NCBI GenBank assembly: GCA_965262815.1
Contig: OZ253560.1
Location: 2,313,158-2,377,157, forward strand
Length of the DNA stretch: 64,000 nucleotides
DNA from: a bacterium
GTDB taxonomy: Bacteria > JAAXHH01
Direction: 5' to 3'
The position numbers and the translations under genes are program-made. The notes below the pieces were generated by a model. The model saw only the letters and a program-made list of their open reading frames with translations, did not search any database and was not told the DNA's origin. Positions 46,117 to 55,748 of this stretch are shown here, piece by piece (the first letter of the stretch is position 1; each line of letters begins with the position of its first letter).

Positions 46117-46703
46117 ACCGAGTCCTCCCTGGCCGATTCCGATTCACCTGGGGGGATCTCTTCAACATCGCCCATGGTATCTTTGCCGTCGTGCATAAAC
46201 TGGTCGAAGGAGCGAACCGCCATGGCCAGTCCCTGCAGTAGTATGAGCGAGAATCCGATGGGAATCATGGACTTCAAGATGAAGCGGGCGGGCAGTCCGC
46301 CGGGGTCTGGCGATACCTCGCCTATCCTGAAGGAGTTCAGGACGAAATTCTGGGAACTCCAGATCGTGATCACAGCGAAGGGAAGCAGGAACAGCAAGCT
46401 GCCGATCAAATTTGCGAGAGCCTGGTTCTTTGGCGAGAAATTCATGTACAACACATCCACGCGGACGTGCTTGTTGTGCTTTAGCGCCCACGCCGAAGCG
46501 AGCAGGAAGATGACAGCGAAGAAATGCCACTCCAGTTCCTGAACCGCTACGCTGCTGCTGCGCAGGAAATACCGTGTGAATACGTCGAGGCAGACGGTCA
46601 ACACGAGCAGGGTCGTGAACCAGGAAACCACCGTGCCGATACGCTCGTTCAGCGCGTCCACGAACCGTACGAATTTCTTAAGAACGTTCAATTCGGCGTT
46701 CAC
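46113..46703 (-). CDS. dctQ: TRAP transporter small permease
   Basis: 196 aa, 4 TM segments, overlapping the dctM start by 4 nt. Confidence 0.75.
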   Translation of the reverse strand: MNAELNVLKKFVRFVDALNERIGTVVSWFTTLLVLTVCLDVFTRYFLRSSSVAVQELEWHFFAVIFLLASAWALKHNKHVRVDVLYMNFSPKNQALANLIGSLLFLLPFAVITIWSSQNFVLNSFRIGEVSPDPGGLPARFILKSMIPIGFSLILLQGLAMAVRSFDQFMHDGKDTMGDVEEIPPGESESAREDSV

Positions 46704-46986
46704 TTTCCTGGTAGCCGTGGTGCTCGGCCAGGGCGGTCATACATCCGCGGGCGCCCCGCGTTTCCGATGGTATTTCGGATCCCCCGATAGGGAATCACTG
46801 GACAAAGGGGTGTTCAATATGACACATCAAGAGGAAATATACAACCCTAATTGCCCCCGTCTTTCAATTTTGGTCGCCGATGGCAGTTTCGAAGGCATGT
46901 GAGACCGGTGTTTACCCTTGTGATCGCGTCCTCCGTTTATATATTGCATCAATATCCGTAAACCGTATCACCTCGGAGGCCATGAC

Positions 46987-48204
46987 ATGTCGGAAAAACG
47001 ATATACCGTTCGCGCGGCGGCCTGCGACCATCGGACAGATTACAAAGGCGTCTACGAGACGCTAAAGCGCATTACCGCACCGCTTACGGAGTCATGGACA
47101 CGCATCGAGAAAGCCCGGAAGATCGTGATCAAGTTCAACATGATGAAACCCGCGGACAACATCGTCCGGTTCAAGGGGCGGCGACAGGAACTGGTGGACG
47201 ACGCGGTCTGCCGGGCCGTGTTGCAACTGCTCCGAGAGCACACCGACGCGGACATCTACGCAACGGACACCAATCCCTACGCCCGGGACAAACTTACGCC
47301 GGACGAGTTCAACTACGCGCACCATCTTCGTGAATTCGACGTCAGGTACGATGATTCCAACCGGCCACCGTGGGCGGTGTACGAGGTGCCCGGAGGCGGA
47401 AACATGTTCGACCGGTATATCCTGAGCGGCGTATTCGAGGACGCGGACGAAGTGATCTCCGTGGCGAAGATGAAGAATCACCTCTTCATGGGCATCACCC
47501 TTTGCATGAAAAACCTCTTCGGCCTTCCTCCCATCATTCCCCCAGGGGGTCGTGTCCGTACCTATTTCCATCACGCGATCCGGCTGTCGTACGTCCTTCC
47601 CGATCTCGCCATGATCACGAACCCCTGTTTGAATATCATCGATGGGCTCGTGGGTCAGAAGGGAAGGGAATGGGGTGGTGAAGGCCGGGTGGGGGACGTG
47701 CTTGTCGCCGGTGACCAGATTACGGCTACCGACGCCTGCGGCGCTTACCTGATGGGACACGATCCCGCATCCGACTGGCCCACGCCACCATTTCGACGCG
47801 ACCGGAATCACCTCCTGGTGGCCGCGCAGCGGGGTTTCGGCACGGTTGATCTCGATGAAATCGACTTCGTAAGCGATGTCCACCACCCGGTGGCCCACTT
47901 CGACTCAGATATGGACGAAGAGCCCGGATTGATCCACACCCTTCGGCGTACGGCCTGTGAACAGGGTCTTTACTACCGGGATCACCGGAATGACATCGTG
48001 GACCGGTACAGAGGCGAGTTCATCTACATGCAGGAAGGGGAGGTCGCCTGGCACGGGGAGGATCCCTCCATGATCGCAAGCCACCGGTCTTACAGCTCTG
48101 CCAGGCCCGGAAGCGCCCTTTGGCTTAAGCTGGTGGACCCGGAGGAAACCGAGGGGGAGCGATTCGAGGTGTACGACCGGTGCCTGTCCGCCCTGTCGGC
48201 CTGA
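46987..48204 (+). CDS. DUF362 domain-containing protein
   Basis: 405 aa with ...VIKFN......VISVAKMKNH...GITLCMKNLFG... in a DUF362 layout. Confidence 0.65.
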   Translation: MSEKRYTVRAAACDHRTDYKGVYETLKRITAPLTESWTRIEKARKIVIKFNMMKPADNIVRFKGRRQELVDDAVCRAVLQLLREHTDADIYATDTNPYARDKLTPDEFNYAHHLREFDVRYDDSNRPPWAVYEVPGGGNMFDRYILSGVFEDADEVISVAKMKNHLFMGITLCMKNLFGLPPIIPPGGRVRTYFHHAIRLSYVLPDLAMITNPCLNIIDGLVGQKGREWGGEGRVGDVLVAGDQITATDACGAYLMGHDPASDWPTPPFRRDRNHLLVAAQRGFGTVDLDEIDFVSDVHHPVAHFDSDMDEEPGLIHTLRRTACEQGLYYRDHRNDIVDRYRGEFIYMQEGEVAWHGEDPSMIASHRSYSSARPGSALWLKLVDPEETEGERFEVYDRCLSALSA

Positions 48205-48231
48205 AACGAACCCAGTATAGGAGTCGATTAC

Positions 48232-49245
48232 ATGAAAATCGCCGTGCTGTACGGCCCTAGAGATCTACGTATCGAAGACCATCCCCTGGACACGGACAAC
48301 CTGGGCCCTCACGATCTCTGGGTCGAGACGATCATCTCCGCACTCAAGATCGGTACGGACCGGGGGAATTACGAGGGCGCCGAGCAGGTACCCGGGGCGC
48401 CTGATTTTCCGCGCTGGGTCGGTGACAGCAATCTCGGCGTCATCCGGGGTGTGGGAGAGGCGGTCACGGATTTCACCGTGGGCGACCGGGTCATCTCACG
48501 GTACCCGCACCAGTCCGAATTCATTGCACGGGACGACGAGGTGATCGTGAAGGTCCCTGACGGCGTGGAGGACGAAGACGCGGTATACGGGCACCTGTAC
48601 ACCTTGAGCGCCATGTGCTACTACAAGTCGCAGTTTCAACCCGGTGAGAACGTGGCCGTCGTAGGACTGGGCGTCCTTGGCCTCGGCGCCGTCGGCCTCG
48701 GACCGTGCCTCGGCGCCCGTGTGATCGGGATCGCGAACAGCCCGGTACGTATGGAAATGGCCGAACGCATGGGTGCCCACGGAACCTTCATGTACAATGA
48801 TCCGGACCTGGATGCGAAACTGGACGACTTCACCCGGGGCGAAGGTATCGACCTGGTCATTCTCACGGCCAATCCATGGCCCGCGCTTCGTACCTCGTGC
48901 CAGATCGTGCGCAACAACGGACGGGTCGGTATCGTAGCACTGCCCGGCAGGGGAGAACAGCCCCTCGACTTCAACCCGCTGGACATGGAATGGTTCTATT
49001 TCAAAGGCATTTCTCTGATCGCCATTAACGGGATGACCGGTTCCCTGTTTCCCTCAGACCGGGGGGACCGCAGGGACTGGCCATCCATGTGCCGATTCAC
49101 GCTCGACCTTATGCGCGATGGGAAACTGGAACCCAAACGCCTGGTGACCCACCGGATGCACTATACCCGGATCAACGAAGCCTACGAGATGATTTATAGA
49201 CGTGAAAAGAACATGATGGGTGTTGTGTTCAACTGGAAGGACTGA
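48232..49245 (+). CDS. Medium-chain dehydrogenase/reductase (MDR) family oxidoreductase
   Basis: 337 aa with the Rossmann motif VVGLGVLG. Confidence 0.75.
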   Translation: MKIAVLYGPRDLRIEDHPLDTDNLGPHDLWVETIISALKIGTDRGNYEGAEQVPGAPDFPRWVGDSNLGVIRGVGEAVTDFTVGDRVISRYPHQSEFIARDDEVIVKVPDGVEDEDAVYGHLYTLSAMCYYKSQFQPGENVAVVGLGVLGLGAVGLGPCLGARVIGIANSPVRMEMAERMGAHGTFMYNDPDLDAKLDDFTRGEGIDLVILTANPWPALRTSCQIVRNNGRVGIVALPGRGEQPLDFNPLDMEWFYFKGISLIAINGMTGSLFPSDRGDRRDWPSMCRFTLDLMRDGKLEPKRLVTHRMHYTRINEAYEMIYRREKNMMGVVFNWKD

Positions 49246-49248
49246 CCG

Positions 49249-50031
49249 ATGACCACAAGGACCTTGCTGTCCAAGAAGCAGGCAGCCGCATTTGAAATTG
49301 ACGGCTACTTCATCGTGGAGGGATTTCTCACCACCGATGAAGTCGAGTCCATTCGTAGCGAGATCACCTCGATCGTGGACCGGTATCCGGACGTGCCGGA
49401 GGAACTCGTGCAGATCGAGCCCGCCGTGCGGCGTGGAACGATCAAACCCGATAACATTGAACTGGGCGTCCGCAAGCTTTTCAGGATGACTCTGCACAAC
49501 GAGCTGTTCCGGTCCCTGGCGCACCATCCTGAAATGGTTGGAATCGCCGTTGAACTGCTTGGACCGGATGTCACCTTGTTTCAAAGCATGCTGCTGATGA
49601 AGCCACCCCGGTTCGGCGGTCAAAAGGTCTGGCACCAGGACAACGCCTACTTCCGCCTGGAGCCTAACGACGTTTTCGGGTACTGGATTGCGCTCGACGA
49701 TGCGACCGTAGAGAACGGGTGCATGCACGTCATCCCGGGATCGCACCTCGCTGGTATTGGAAAGCACGGCGGCGTAGCCGATGACTACGGGTTGGCTTCA
49801 GCCCCTTCCGGTGAAGACGCGGTGGCCTGTGTCATGAATACTGGGGACGCCCTGGTGTTTCATGGCGAGACCTACCACTACACGCCGCCGAATACGACCG
49901 ACCGGCGCCGCAGAGCCTTGCAGTACCACTACGCTTCCACGCACTGCCGACCTTCGAAAGACAGCCCGTTCAAGTCCCTAAAGGCCGAGATTATCGTGGC
50001 GGGGGAGGGGGCCGAGTCCCTGGACGGATAG
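49249..50031 (+). CDS. Phytanoyl-CoA dioxygenase (PhyH) family Fe(II)/2-oxoglutarate oxygenase
   Basis: 260 aa with WHQDNAYF ... HVIPGSH, the HxD...H facial triad. Confidence 0.8.
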   Translation: MTTRTLLSKKQAAAFEIDGYFIVEGFLTTDEVESIRSEITSIVDRYPDVPEELVQIEPAVRRGTIKPDNIELGVRKLFRMTLHNELFRSLAHHPEMVGIAVELLGPDVTLFQSMLLMKPPRFGGQKVWHQDNAYFRLEPNDVFGYWIALDDATVENGCMHVIPGSHLAGIGKHGGVADDYGLASAPSGEDAVACVMNTGDALVFHGETYHYTPPNTTDRRRRALQYHYASTHCRPSKDSPFKSLKAEIIVAGEGAESLDG

Positions 50032-50052
50032 GATAGCCTGAATGAGCAGGCT

Positions 50053-51816
50053 TCAGTCCATGTCAGCGGTATTCGAATCCGGGGCTTCCACGCGCAGGAT
50101 GATGATATCCGTATCATGATACTGCTGGTGGTGGACCGACGAGGCAAAGTGACGCAACAGCCGCAGCGATACTTCCAGTTCCTCAGGTGTCTCCACGGCT
50201 CTTTCGTTGCCGAGCAGTTCAATCCTGTCCTGCAGGTTTCCCTCTCCCGTGGCTGCCACCAGTTCGACTATAGCACTGCCTTCTACCCGGTGCGCGACCA
50301 GGAGCAGGCGATTTCTTTCGTAGGTTTCATTATCCTGCTGGACAAGTGTCAGCAGGGTCTCTTCGCTTGCGGCCACCAGGCGGTCAGCCATCGCGGCGTC
50401 CCAGCGATTGCGTGAGGCGAAATCCTCCAGGAAAGCCCTGATCTTCGGCAGGGCCGACAGGTTGAAGTCGGATTCCATCCGGTAACGACGAGGAGAGGTG
50501 ATCTCCATGAACAGCGTCATCAGCATCGCCGTCAGGCCGCCTGCCGTCATACCGTTTTGCAACAATCCTCCAGCAAAACCCGCAACCAGTTCGGGGAATA
50601 TGGCATCGTTCTGAAAACCCACTCCGATCCAGAAACTCACGCCGACGATTACGCCCTTCCGGTAGTCGATCCCATCCTGTATAACCAGCTTCATGCCAAT
50701 AACGAAGAGCAAGGAAAGCAATACGATCAGGAACCCTCCCGCGACGGGGTTCGGTATGGCCAGCACCACGGCGAGGAACTTGGGAAGGAACGCGACCGCG
50801 ATGAAGGCCGCGCCGACGACCATCCCCACCGTTCGCGCTGCCACTCCGGTCATCTCGGTCACGGCGATGCTCGTGGAATAGGTTGTATTCGGCACCGTGC
50901 CCAGGAGACCGGATAACAGGTTTCCCATGCCATCCGCCGCCACCGCGCCCTGGACCGCACGGAAATCCACCGCCCGGGGCCGACGCCATGATACGCGCTG
51001 TATGGCGATGGAATCTCCGATTGTCTCCACGGCGCCAACGAGTGTCACGAACATGAAAGCAGGAAGCAGTCCCCAGAATGCCGGCCCGAATGCAAGGTCT
51101 ATCCCGGGCCACCCACCTTCGGGGTAACCCACCCACGGCGCGGCCGCCACCCGGGCTGTATCGTAAAATCCAAAGTAAGCACTGACGATGGATCCGGCCG
51201 CGATTCCGAGCAAGGGTGCCCAGAGGCGCAGCGAAGACGTCGCCTTCAACGCGATGCCGATGGTGACCAGCATGGTGACGGCCGCGGTGATCAGAGCCAT
51301 CGACACCGGTCCACCGTCCGGCGCATCCCCAAGCATGTCGAATGCGATGGGCATCACAGTGACCGATATCAACATGATGACCGTGCCGGATACTACCGGA
51401 GTCAGAATCCTGCGAAGGAGCGAAAGTCGCGTCGAAAGCAGGAATTGAAACAGCGAGGAAATGATGATGAGGGTGGCCATCAGTTGAGGACCACCTTCAG
51501 CCAGGGCCGTGATACATACCGCGATGAAGCTGCCTGAGGTGCCCATCATCAGTACATAGCCCGCACCGATCCTGCCGACCCGGACAGCCTGGAGAATTGT
51601 GGTAATGCCGCTGATCGCCGCTGCGGCGAAAACACCCCACGTAAGGTAGGACTCGCTTGCGCCTCCCGCCCGGCTTACGATAGCGACGGTCAGGACAACC
51701 CCGCCCACCGTAAGCAGCGCAATCTGAAGTCCGAGTCCGATGGTCAGGGGTATTGGCGGCTTTTCGTCGGCTTCGTAACGTACGCCCGAAGAGGCAATTT
51801 GCTTTCCCGCATTCAT
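50053..51816 (-). CDS. NCS2 (nucleobase:cation symporter-2 / xanthine-uracil permease) family transporter with a soluble C-terminal extension
   Basis: 587 aa whose layout parallels UraA (EKPPIPLTIGLGLQ..., VPNTTYSTSIAVTEMTGV). The last ~140 aa are non-membrane. Confidence 0.7.
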   Translation of the reverse strand: MNAGKQIASSGVRYEADEKPPIPLTIGLGLQIALLTVGGVVLTVAIVSRAGGASESYLTWGVFAAAAISGITTILQAVRVGRIGAGYVLMMGTSGSFIAVCITALAEGGPQLMATLIIISSLFQFLLSTRLSLLRRILTPVVSGTVIMLISVTVMPIAFDMLGDAPDGGPVSMALITAAVTMLVTIGIALKATSSLRLWAPLLGIAAGSIVSAYFGFYDTARVAAAPWVGYPEGGWPGIDLAFGPAFWGLLPAFMFVTLVGAVETIGDSIAIQRVSWRRPRAVDFRAVQGAVAADGMGNLLSGLLGTVPNTTYSTSIAVTEMTGVAARTVGMVVGAAFIAVAFLPKFLAVVLAIPNPVAGGFLIVLLSLLFVIGMKLVIQDGIDYRKGVIVGVSFWIGVGFQNDAIFPELVAGFAGGLLQNGMTAGGLTAMLMTLFMEITSPRRYRMESDFNLSALPKIRAFLEDFASRNRWDAAMADRLVAASEETLLTLVQQDNETYERNRLLLVAHRVEGSAIVELVAATGEGNLQDRIELLGNERAVETPEELEVSLRLLRHFASSVHHQQYHDTDIIILRVEAPDSNTADMD

Positions 51817-52002
51817 GCTTGCGCTATGCTCCTGTTATGCTTAATGGACGTTGTTGATACATGACTTTGAGGCAACTTCTGACACAGCATAGTACACAAG
51901 TAAACAACACGGTCAAGTATATCCCAATTAGCTATAGGCTCTATAGACGCAGAAAGGGTTACCCGCTTGAGACTATCAATTGCGTAAGACTTTGAAATCA
52001 CC

Positions 52003-53907
52003 TTATGATTGCAGTCCGTATCGTTCTTGTAGCACACAAAGAGAGGTCAATGCCATGATTAAAGGATCGAGGGTGCTTCGTTCGCTTTCTTCCATCCCAG
52101 GCAGACTATCGAGCAACGCGGCCACCTGGCCGTGATCGAAGAAAGGTGACTCTCGCATACCGGGGCCGCGCAGCGTATCCTGGCACATCTCGTACAGCCT
52201 GTTACCCGGATTAAGCGTCGCCGGCGGCGCGAGGAACGGCTTCTTTGAGCCTGTGTATACCTCCTCGGTCAAAAAGGGACGTGCCGCCTCCCGGAGCGGA
52301 TATTTGGGTCGTCCATCCCATGCCAGTAGCCTGGATGGAATCCGGCTTCCGAATTCGAAAAACCGGTGGTCAAGGTAAGGCAGACGCACTTCTACTCCGT
52401 GGGCCATGTCAACCCGCTCGGCCGCCAGGTTGTAACCTGCGAAGAGGGACTTCAGCCAAAGATAGAGTACCTTTTTCACGGGTTCGCGGCCGGCAAGCTG
52501 CTTGCGGTAGTCAAACTGGTTGAAGAAAACCCTGTAGGGGTCACGACCGGCGATGCGTTCCCGGAAATCCCGCGCCAGCAGGCCACGCAGAGTGCCCAAC
52601 TTTCCGCCAAGGGCTTCCATGACCTCGTTGGAAAGTCCAAGGATGCGGCTAATACGTACCAGCCAGGGCGAGACCAGGGCTACCTGGCGTTCCGCGGGGC
52701 TATGCGCGCCAAGCAGCGCCAGGCCGATACGTAACCAGTCGAGTACAGGCCGGCGAGGGCCGCGGAGCAACGCGGGCCGGCAGAATTCATAACCGGCGAA
52801 CAGTTCGTCCGCCCCTTCACCCGCCAGGACGGTCTTGTAACCCGCCCGCCGGATCTCGCCGCTAAGTATGTAACGCGCCACACCGTGCGCGTTGGCCTGT
52901 ATGGCCTCCGCGTGCCATACCGCGTCGGCAAAACGGTCTGCGCAGTCTCCCTGTGAAACTGAAACTGCCTCGTACCCGGTCCGGAGGTGGCGTGCGGTTC
53001 TTCGTGCCACGGGTTCCTCGTCATAGTTCGCATGGTCGAAGGAAATGGTAAAGGCTCTGGGTCGCACAGATCCTCGGCTGGCCATGCCCAGTAGCGCCGA
53101 CGAATCCAATCCCCCGCTGAGCAGACACCCCACCGGTACGTCGGCGCGCATGCGGAGGCGAATCGACTCCTCCAGGCGATGACGGACCTGGTCGACGCAA
53201 CTGGTTGGGTCCCAATCGGTTCCGGACGATTCGATTGGATATTCCACGTCCCAGTAGCGTTCCAGGCGCAGTGCTCCTTCCCGTGCCACCAGACCATACC
53301 CCGGAGGTACCTGCTTCACCCCCGAGAAGAGCGTTCTTTCCGTGTCAAAGCATGCGAATATCTGCTGGCCCACCGTCTCCTCGTCCCAGGCCGGGGGCAC
53401 CCCGGCAGCCAGGAGCGCTTTCACTTCGGAAGCCAGGTAAAGCACCCCTCCTGTTTCCGCGTAGTACAGGGGTTTGATACCGAACCGGTCACGGACCGCC
53501 CACAGCATCTGCAGGTTATCATCCCACAGGACGAACGCAAACTCGCCGCGGAGAGATTCGACGCAGGCACGGCCCTGTTCCTCGTAGAGATGGAGGGCGA
53601 TCTCGCTGTCGGAACCCGTAGCAAAAACATGGCCCCGTTTTACCAGGTCGCTCCTTAACGACTCGAAATCGTAGAACTCGCCGTTTGCGGTGAGGTGCAG
53701 CCGGCCGTCTTCGCTGGCGATGGGCTGGGCGCCGTTTTCCAGGCCGATCACACTCAACCTGGTGTGCCCCAGCCCGATCCTACCGCCCGGACCCACCCAC
53801 GTTCCCCTGCCGTCCGGACCGCGATGGTTGAGCGTATTCGTAGCACGTTCGAGGGCCTCATGCGACCAGGCGCCTCCCCGTGACATTATGGCAGTCAGGC
53901 CACACAT
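52003..53907 (-). CDS. asnB: Asparagine synthase (glutamine-hydrolysing), AsnB family
   Basis: 634 aa with the N-terminal MCGL nucleophile and PP-loop LSGGLDSS. Confidence 0.85.
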   Translation of the reverse strand: MCGLTAIMSRGGAWSHEALERATNTLNHRGPDGRGTWVGPGGRIGLGHTRLSVIGLENGAQPIASEDGRLHLTANGEFYDFESLRSDLVKRGHVFATGSDSEIALHLYEEQGRACVESLRGEFAFVLWDDNLQMLWAVRDRFGIKPLYYAETGGVLYLASEVKALLAAGVPPAWDEETVGQQIFACFDTERTLFSGVKQVPPGYGLVAREGALRLERYWDVEYPIESSGTDWDPTSCVDQVRHRLEESIRLRMRADVPVGCLLSGGLDSSALLGMASRGSVRPRAFTISFDHANYDEEPVARRTARHLRTGYEAVSVSQGDCADRFADAVWHAEAIQANAHGVARYILSGEIRRAGYKTVLAGEGADELFAGYEFCRPALLRGPRRPVLDWLRIGLALLGAHSPAERQVALVSPWLVRISRILGLSNEVMEALGGKLGTLRGLLARDFRERIAGRDPYRVFFNQFDYRKQLAGREPVKKVLYLWLKSLFAGYNLAAERVDMAHGVEVRLPYLDHRFFEFGSRIPSRLLAWDGRPKYPLREAARPFLTEEVYTGSKKPFLAPPATLNPGNRLYEMCQDTLRGPGMRESPFFDHGQVAALLDSLPGMEESERSTLDPLIMALTSLCVLQERYGLQS

Positions 53908-55439
53908 TACCAGGCCTCCCGAAGCTGCGCCCCGCCTGCCTGGCAGGTGAATCTCATCAAGGGTCGGTAGACTTCTCCATTTAATCGTGATGCGCCTGTG
54001 GCTACACGTGTGATCCGTACTTCCACATACACCGACAGGGCTTCCTGCGGCCGCCCTCTGCAGTACCGAGCCGCGTAGCGCTGTCTCAGTCCCTCACGCA
54101 ATTCGGCCGCCCTGGCGAGAGGAAACTTGCGCCAGACAACGCCATGCAGGTAGGACTGCAGCAGGATACTCCGCATGGAATAGGGAAAGAGTCGTTCAGG
54201 ATCTACTTCAGCCCACAGCCCATCCGGCGTTCGTTCCCTGACCTTGTAGTCGAGATCGTAATTCCGACTGTCGACCCAGTCGAGCAGGCGATAGCTCTGT
54301 GCCAGTCCACCGGCCCACAGGACGCCGTAAACACCACGGTGAAGACCTTCAACCCAACCCTGCACAACTGAGACGGGTCGGCCTACCGTCCAGTCGTCGT
54401 AACGCCACTGCGGCTTGGCAAAATCCAATATGGCTTGAAGACCCAGCACGCACGTGACGACCGCGGCCGCCACGCCCCGCCCGGTGATACCACCCTTACC
54501 CACCGGCGTGTTTCGAGTTCCTGACAACGCCATGATTTCGTGGCGGCACCATAGCACTACGCCCGCCAGGCACGCCAAATTGGCGTAAGGGATCTTCAGT
54601 GTTGCGATGATACCGCCGTGAAACAAGATCAACAGTGCGATGACCATCCACTTAACCGGCCGTCCCGGCTGCAGGACCAGCAACAGGACGAACAGGGGCT
54701 CCGCCGCCAAAGCCACGTAACTGGCAACCTTCAACCAGGGTAGAGAACCCGCGCCCCAGAGATCCGGCATCCATGCAATAGGGAGTTTGAGTATGACATA
54801 CAGGGCCGTACCTTCAAGCCACATGGGGCTGGTCAACTTCCACAGGCCGGATGCCGCGTAGACCAAAGCCAGGTTGACCAGGAAACACCGTACGGCCAGC
54901 CCCGGTACCGTGCGGCTTTTCCATCGGTCCACCACCGCCCTGCCCTCACGCCGCCACTCCTTCCACGTCAGGGTATGTCCCACGGGCAAAAGGATCATCC
55001 ATAGCAGGGTCCAGTGGAACACGGCGTCATCGACGTAAAGCACCAGGAAATTCAACCGGTAGGTGGACACGGCCAGCACATAGAGTACCACCGCGCAAAG
55101 GGTCGGCCTGTAGCCTGCCGTGAGGATACCGGATATGAGGACGGCTCCAAGAAAGACGGTCTTCAGGAGAACGGCGGATACTTCGCCCTGGAGCAGGCTC
55201 CACTTCGTGTAGGGGAACAACTCAAGTGAAAGGGTGTGGTCGACCAGGCCATATGGACCGCTTATGTCATTTACTTCAAGGAAGGCAGCCGTAAAATAGG
55301 CACAACTCAGCAACCCTGCCAGGATCCTGAACAGATCGACCGGCAGGGCATACACCGGACTACACATTCGGTCCAAAGCGGTTCGTGGAAACGACTGGGC
55401 AGTCCGGTCTGCGATCACGGAATCCCCCGTTGGCAACAT
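53907..55439 (-). CDS. Polytopic membrane protein, HTTM-like (vitamin-K-dependent gamma-carboxylase / SdpB-like) N-terminal domain plus ~200-aa C-terminal domain
   Basis: 510 aa with N-terminal ...VDLFRILAGLLSCAYF... and multiple TM segments resembling HTTM domains. Its stop overlaps the asnB start (TAATG). Confidence 0.5.
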   Translation of the reverse strand: MLPTGDSVIADRTAQSFPRTALDRMCSPVYALPVDLFRILAGLLSCAYFTAAFLEVNDISGPYGLVDHTLSLELFPYTKWSLLQGEVSAVLLKTVFLGAVLISGILTAGYRPTLCAVVLYVLAVSTYRLNFLVLYVDDAVFHWTLLWMILLPVGHTLTWKEWRREGRAVVDRWKSRTVPGLAVRCFLVNLALVYAASGLWKLTSPMWLEGTALYVILKLPIAWMPDLWGAGSLPWLKVASYVALAAEPLFVLLLVLQPGRPVKWMVIALLILFHGGIIATLKIPYANLACLAGVVLWCRHEIMALSGTRNTPVGKGGITGRGVAAAVVTCVLGLQAILDFAKPQWRYDDWTVGRPVSVVQGWVEGLHRGVYGVLWAGGLAQSYRLLDWVDSRNYDLDYKVRERTPDGLWAEVDPERLFPYSMRSILLQSYLHGVVWRKFPLARAAELREGLRQRYAARYCRGRPQEALSVYVEVRITRVATGASRLNGEVYRPLMRFTCQAGGAQLREAW

Positions 55440-55715
55440 AAATTTAATGCCCTGAATCTGACTGGCCTGAAGGTAGACCTGATGTTTCGTATCAGGCCCA
55501 TGACTAGGTTCACACCCCGTATAATCAACAGTGTTAAAACTACGTAACCTGTTATTTAATGGTCACATATATCATTTAACATAAAGTGATTCTTTAGAAG
55601 AATCTTACAAAGGGATTATGTCGGGAGTTGTGTGCCCGTTCCTGTTCGTGGCGGATCCTGACCACTCGCGCGGAATGAACCGGTCGACCTGTTGAAGAAC
55701 TGTAGTGTGAAATTA

Positions 55716-55739
55716 TGTAAGTGTCTGGCGGCACTTACA
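55716..55739 (-). terminator. Hairpin terminator candidate after the DsbA-like gene
   Basis: The minus strand reads TGTAAGTG-ccgccaga-CACTTACA (8-bp perfect stem) followed by TAATTTC. The U-tract is weak. Confidence 0.4.
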
Positions 55740-55748
55740 CACCGGGTA

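Noticed and set aside
52003-53907. AsnB homologue as a lasso-peptide cyclase / RiPP cluster
   Set aside because: It retains the N-terminal MCGL glutaminase nucleophile and full AsnB length. There is no transglutaminase-like leader peptidase, no RRE, and no precursor ORF nearby.
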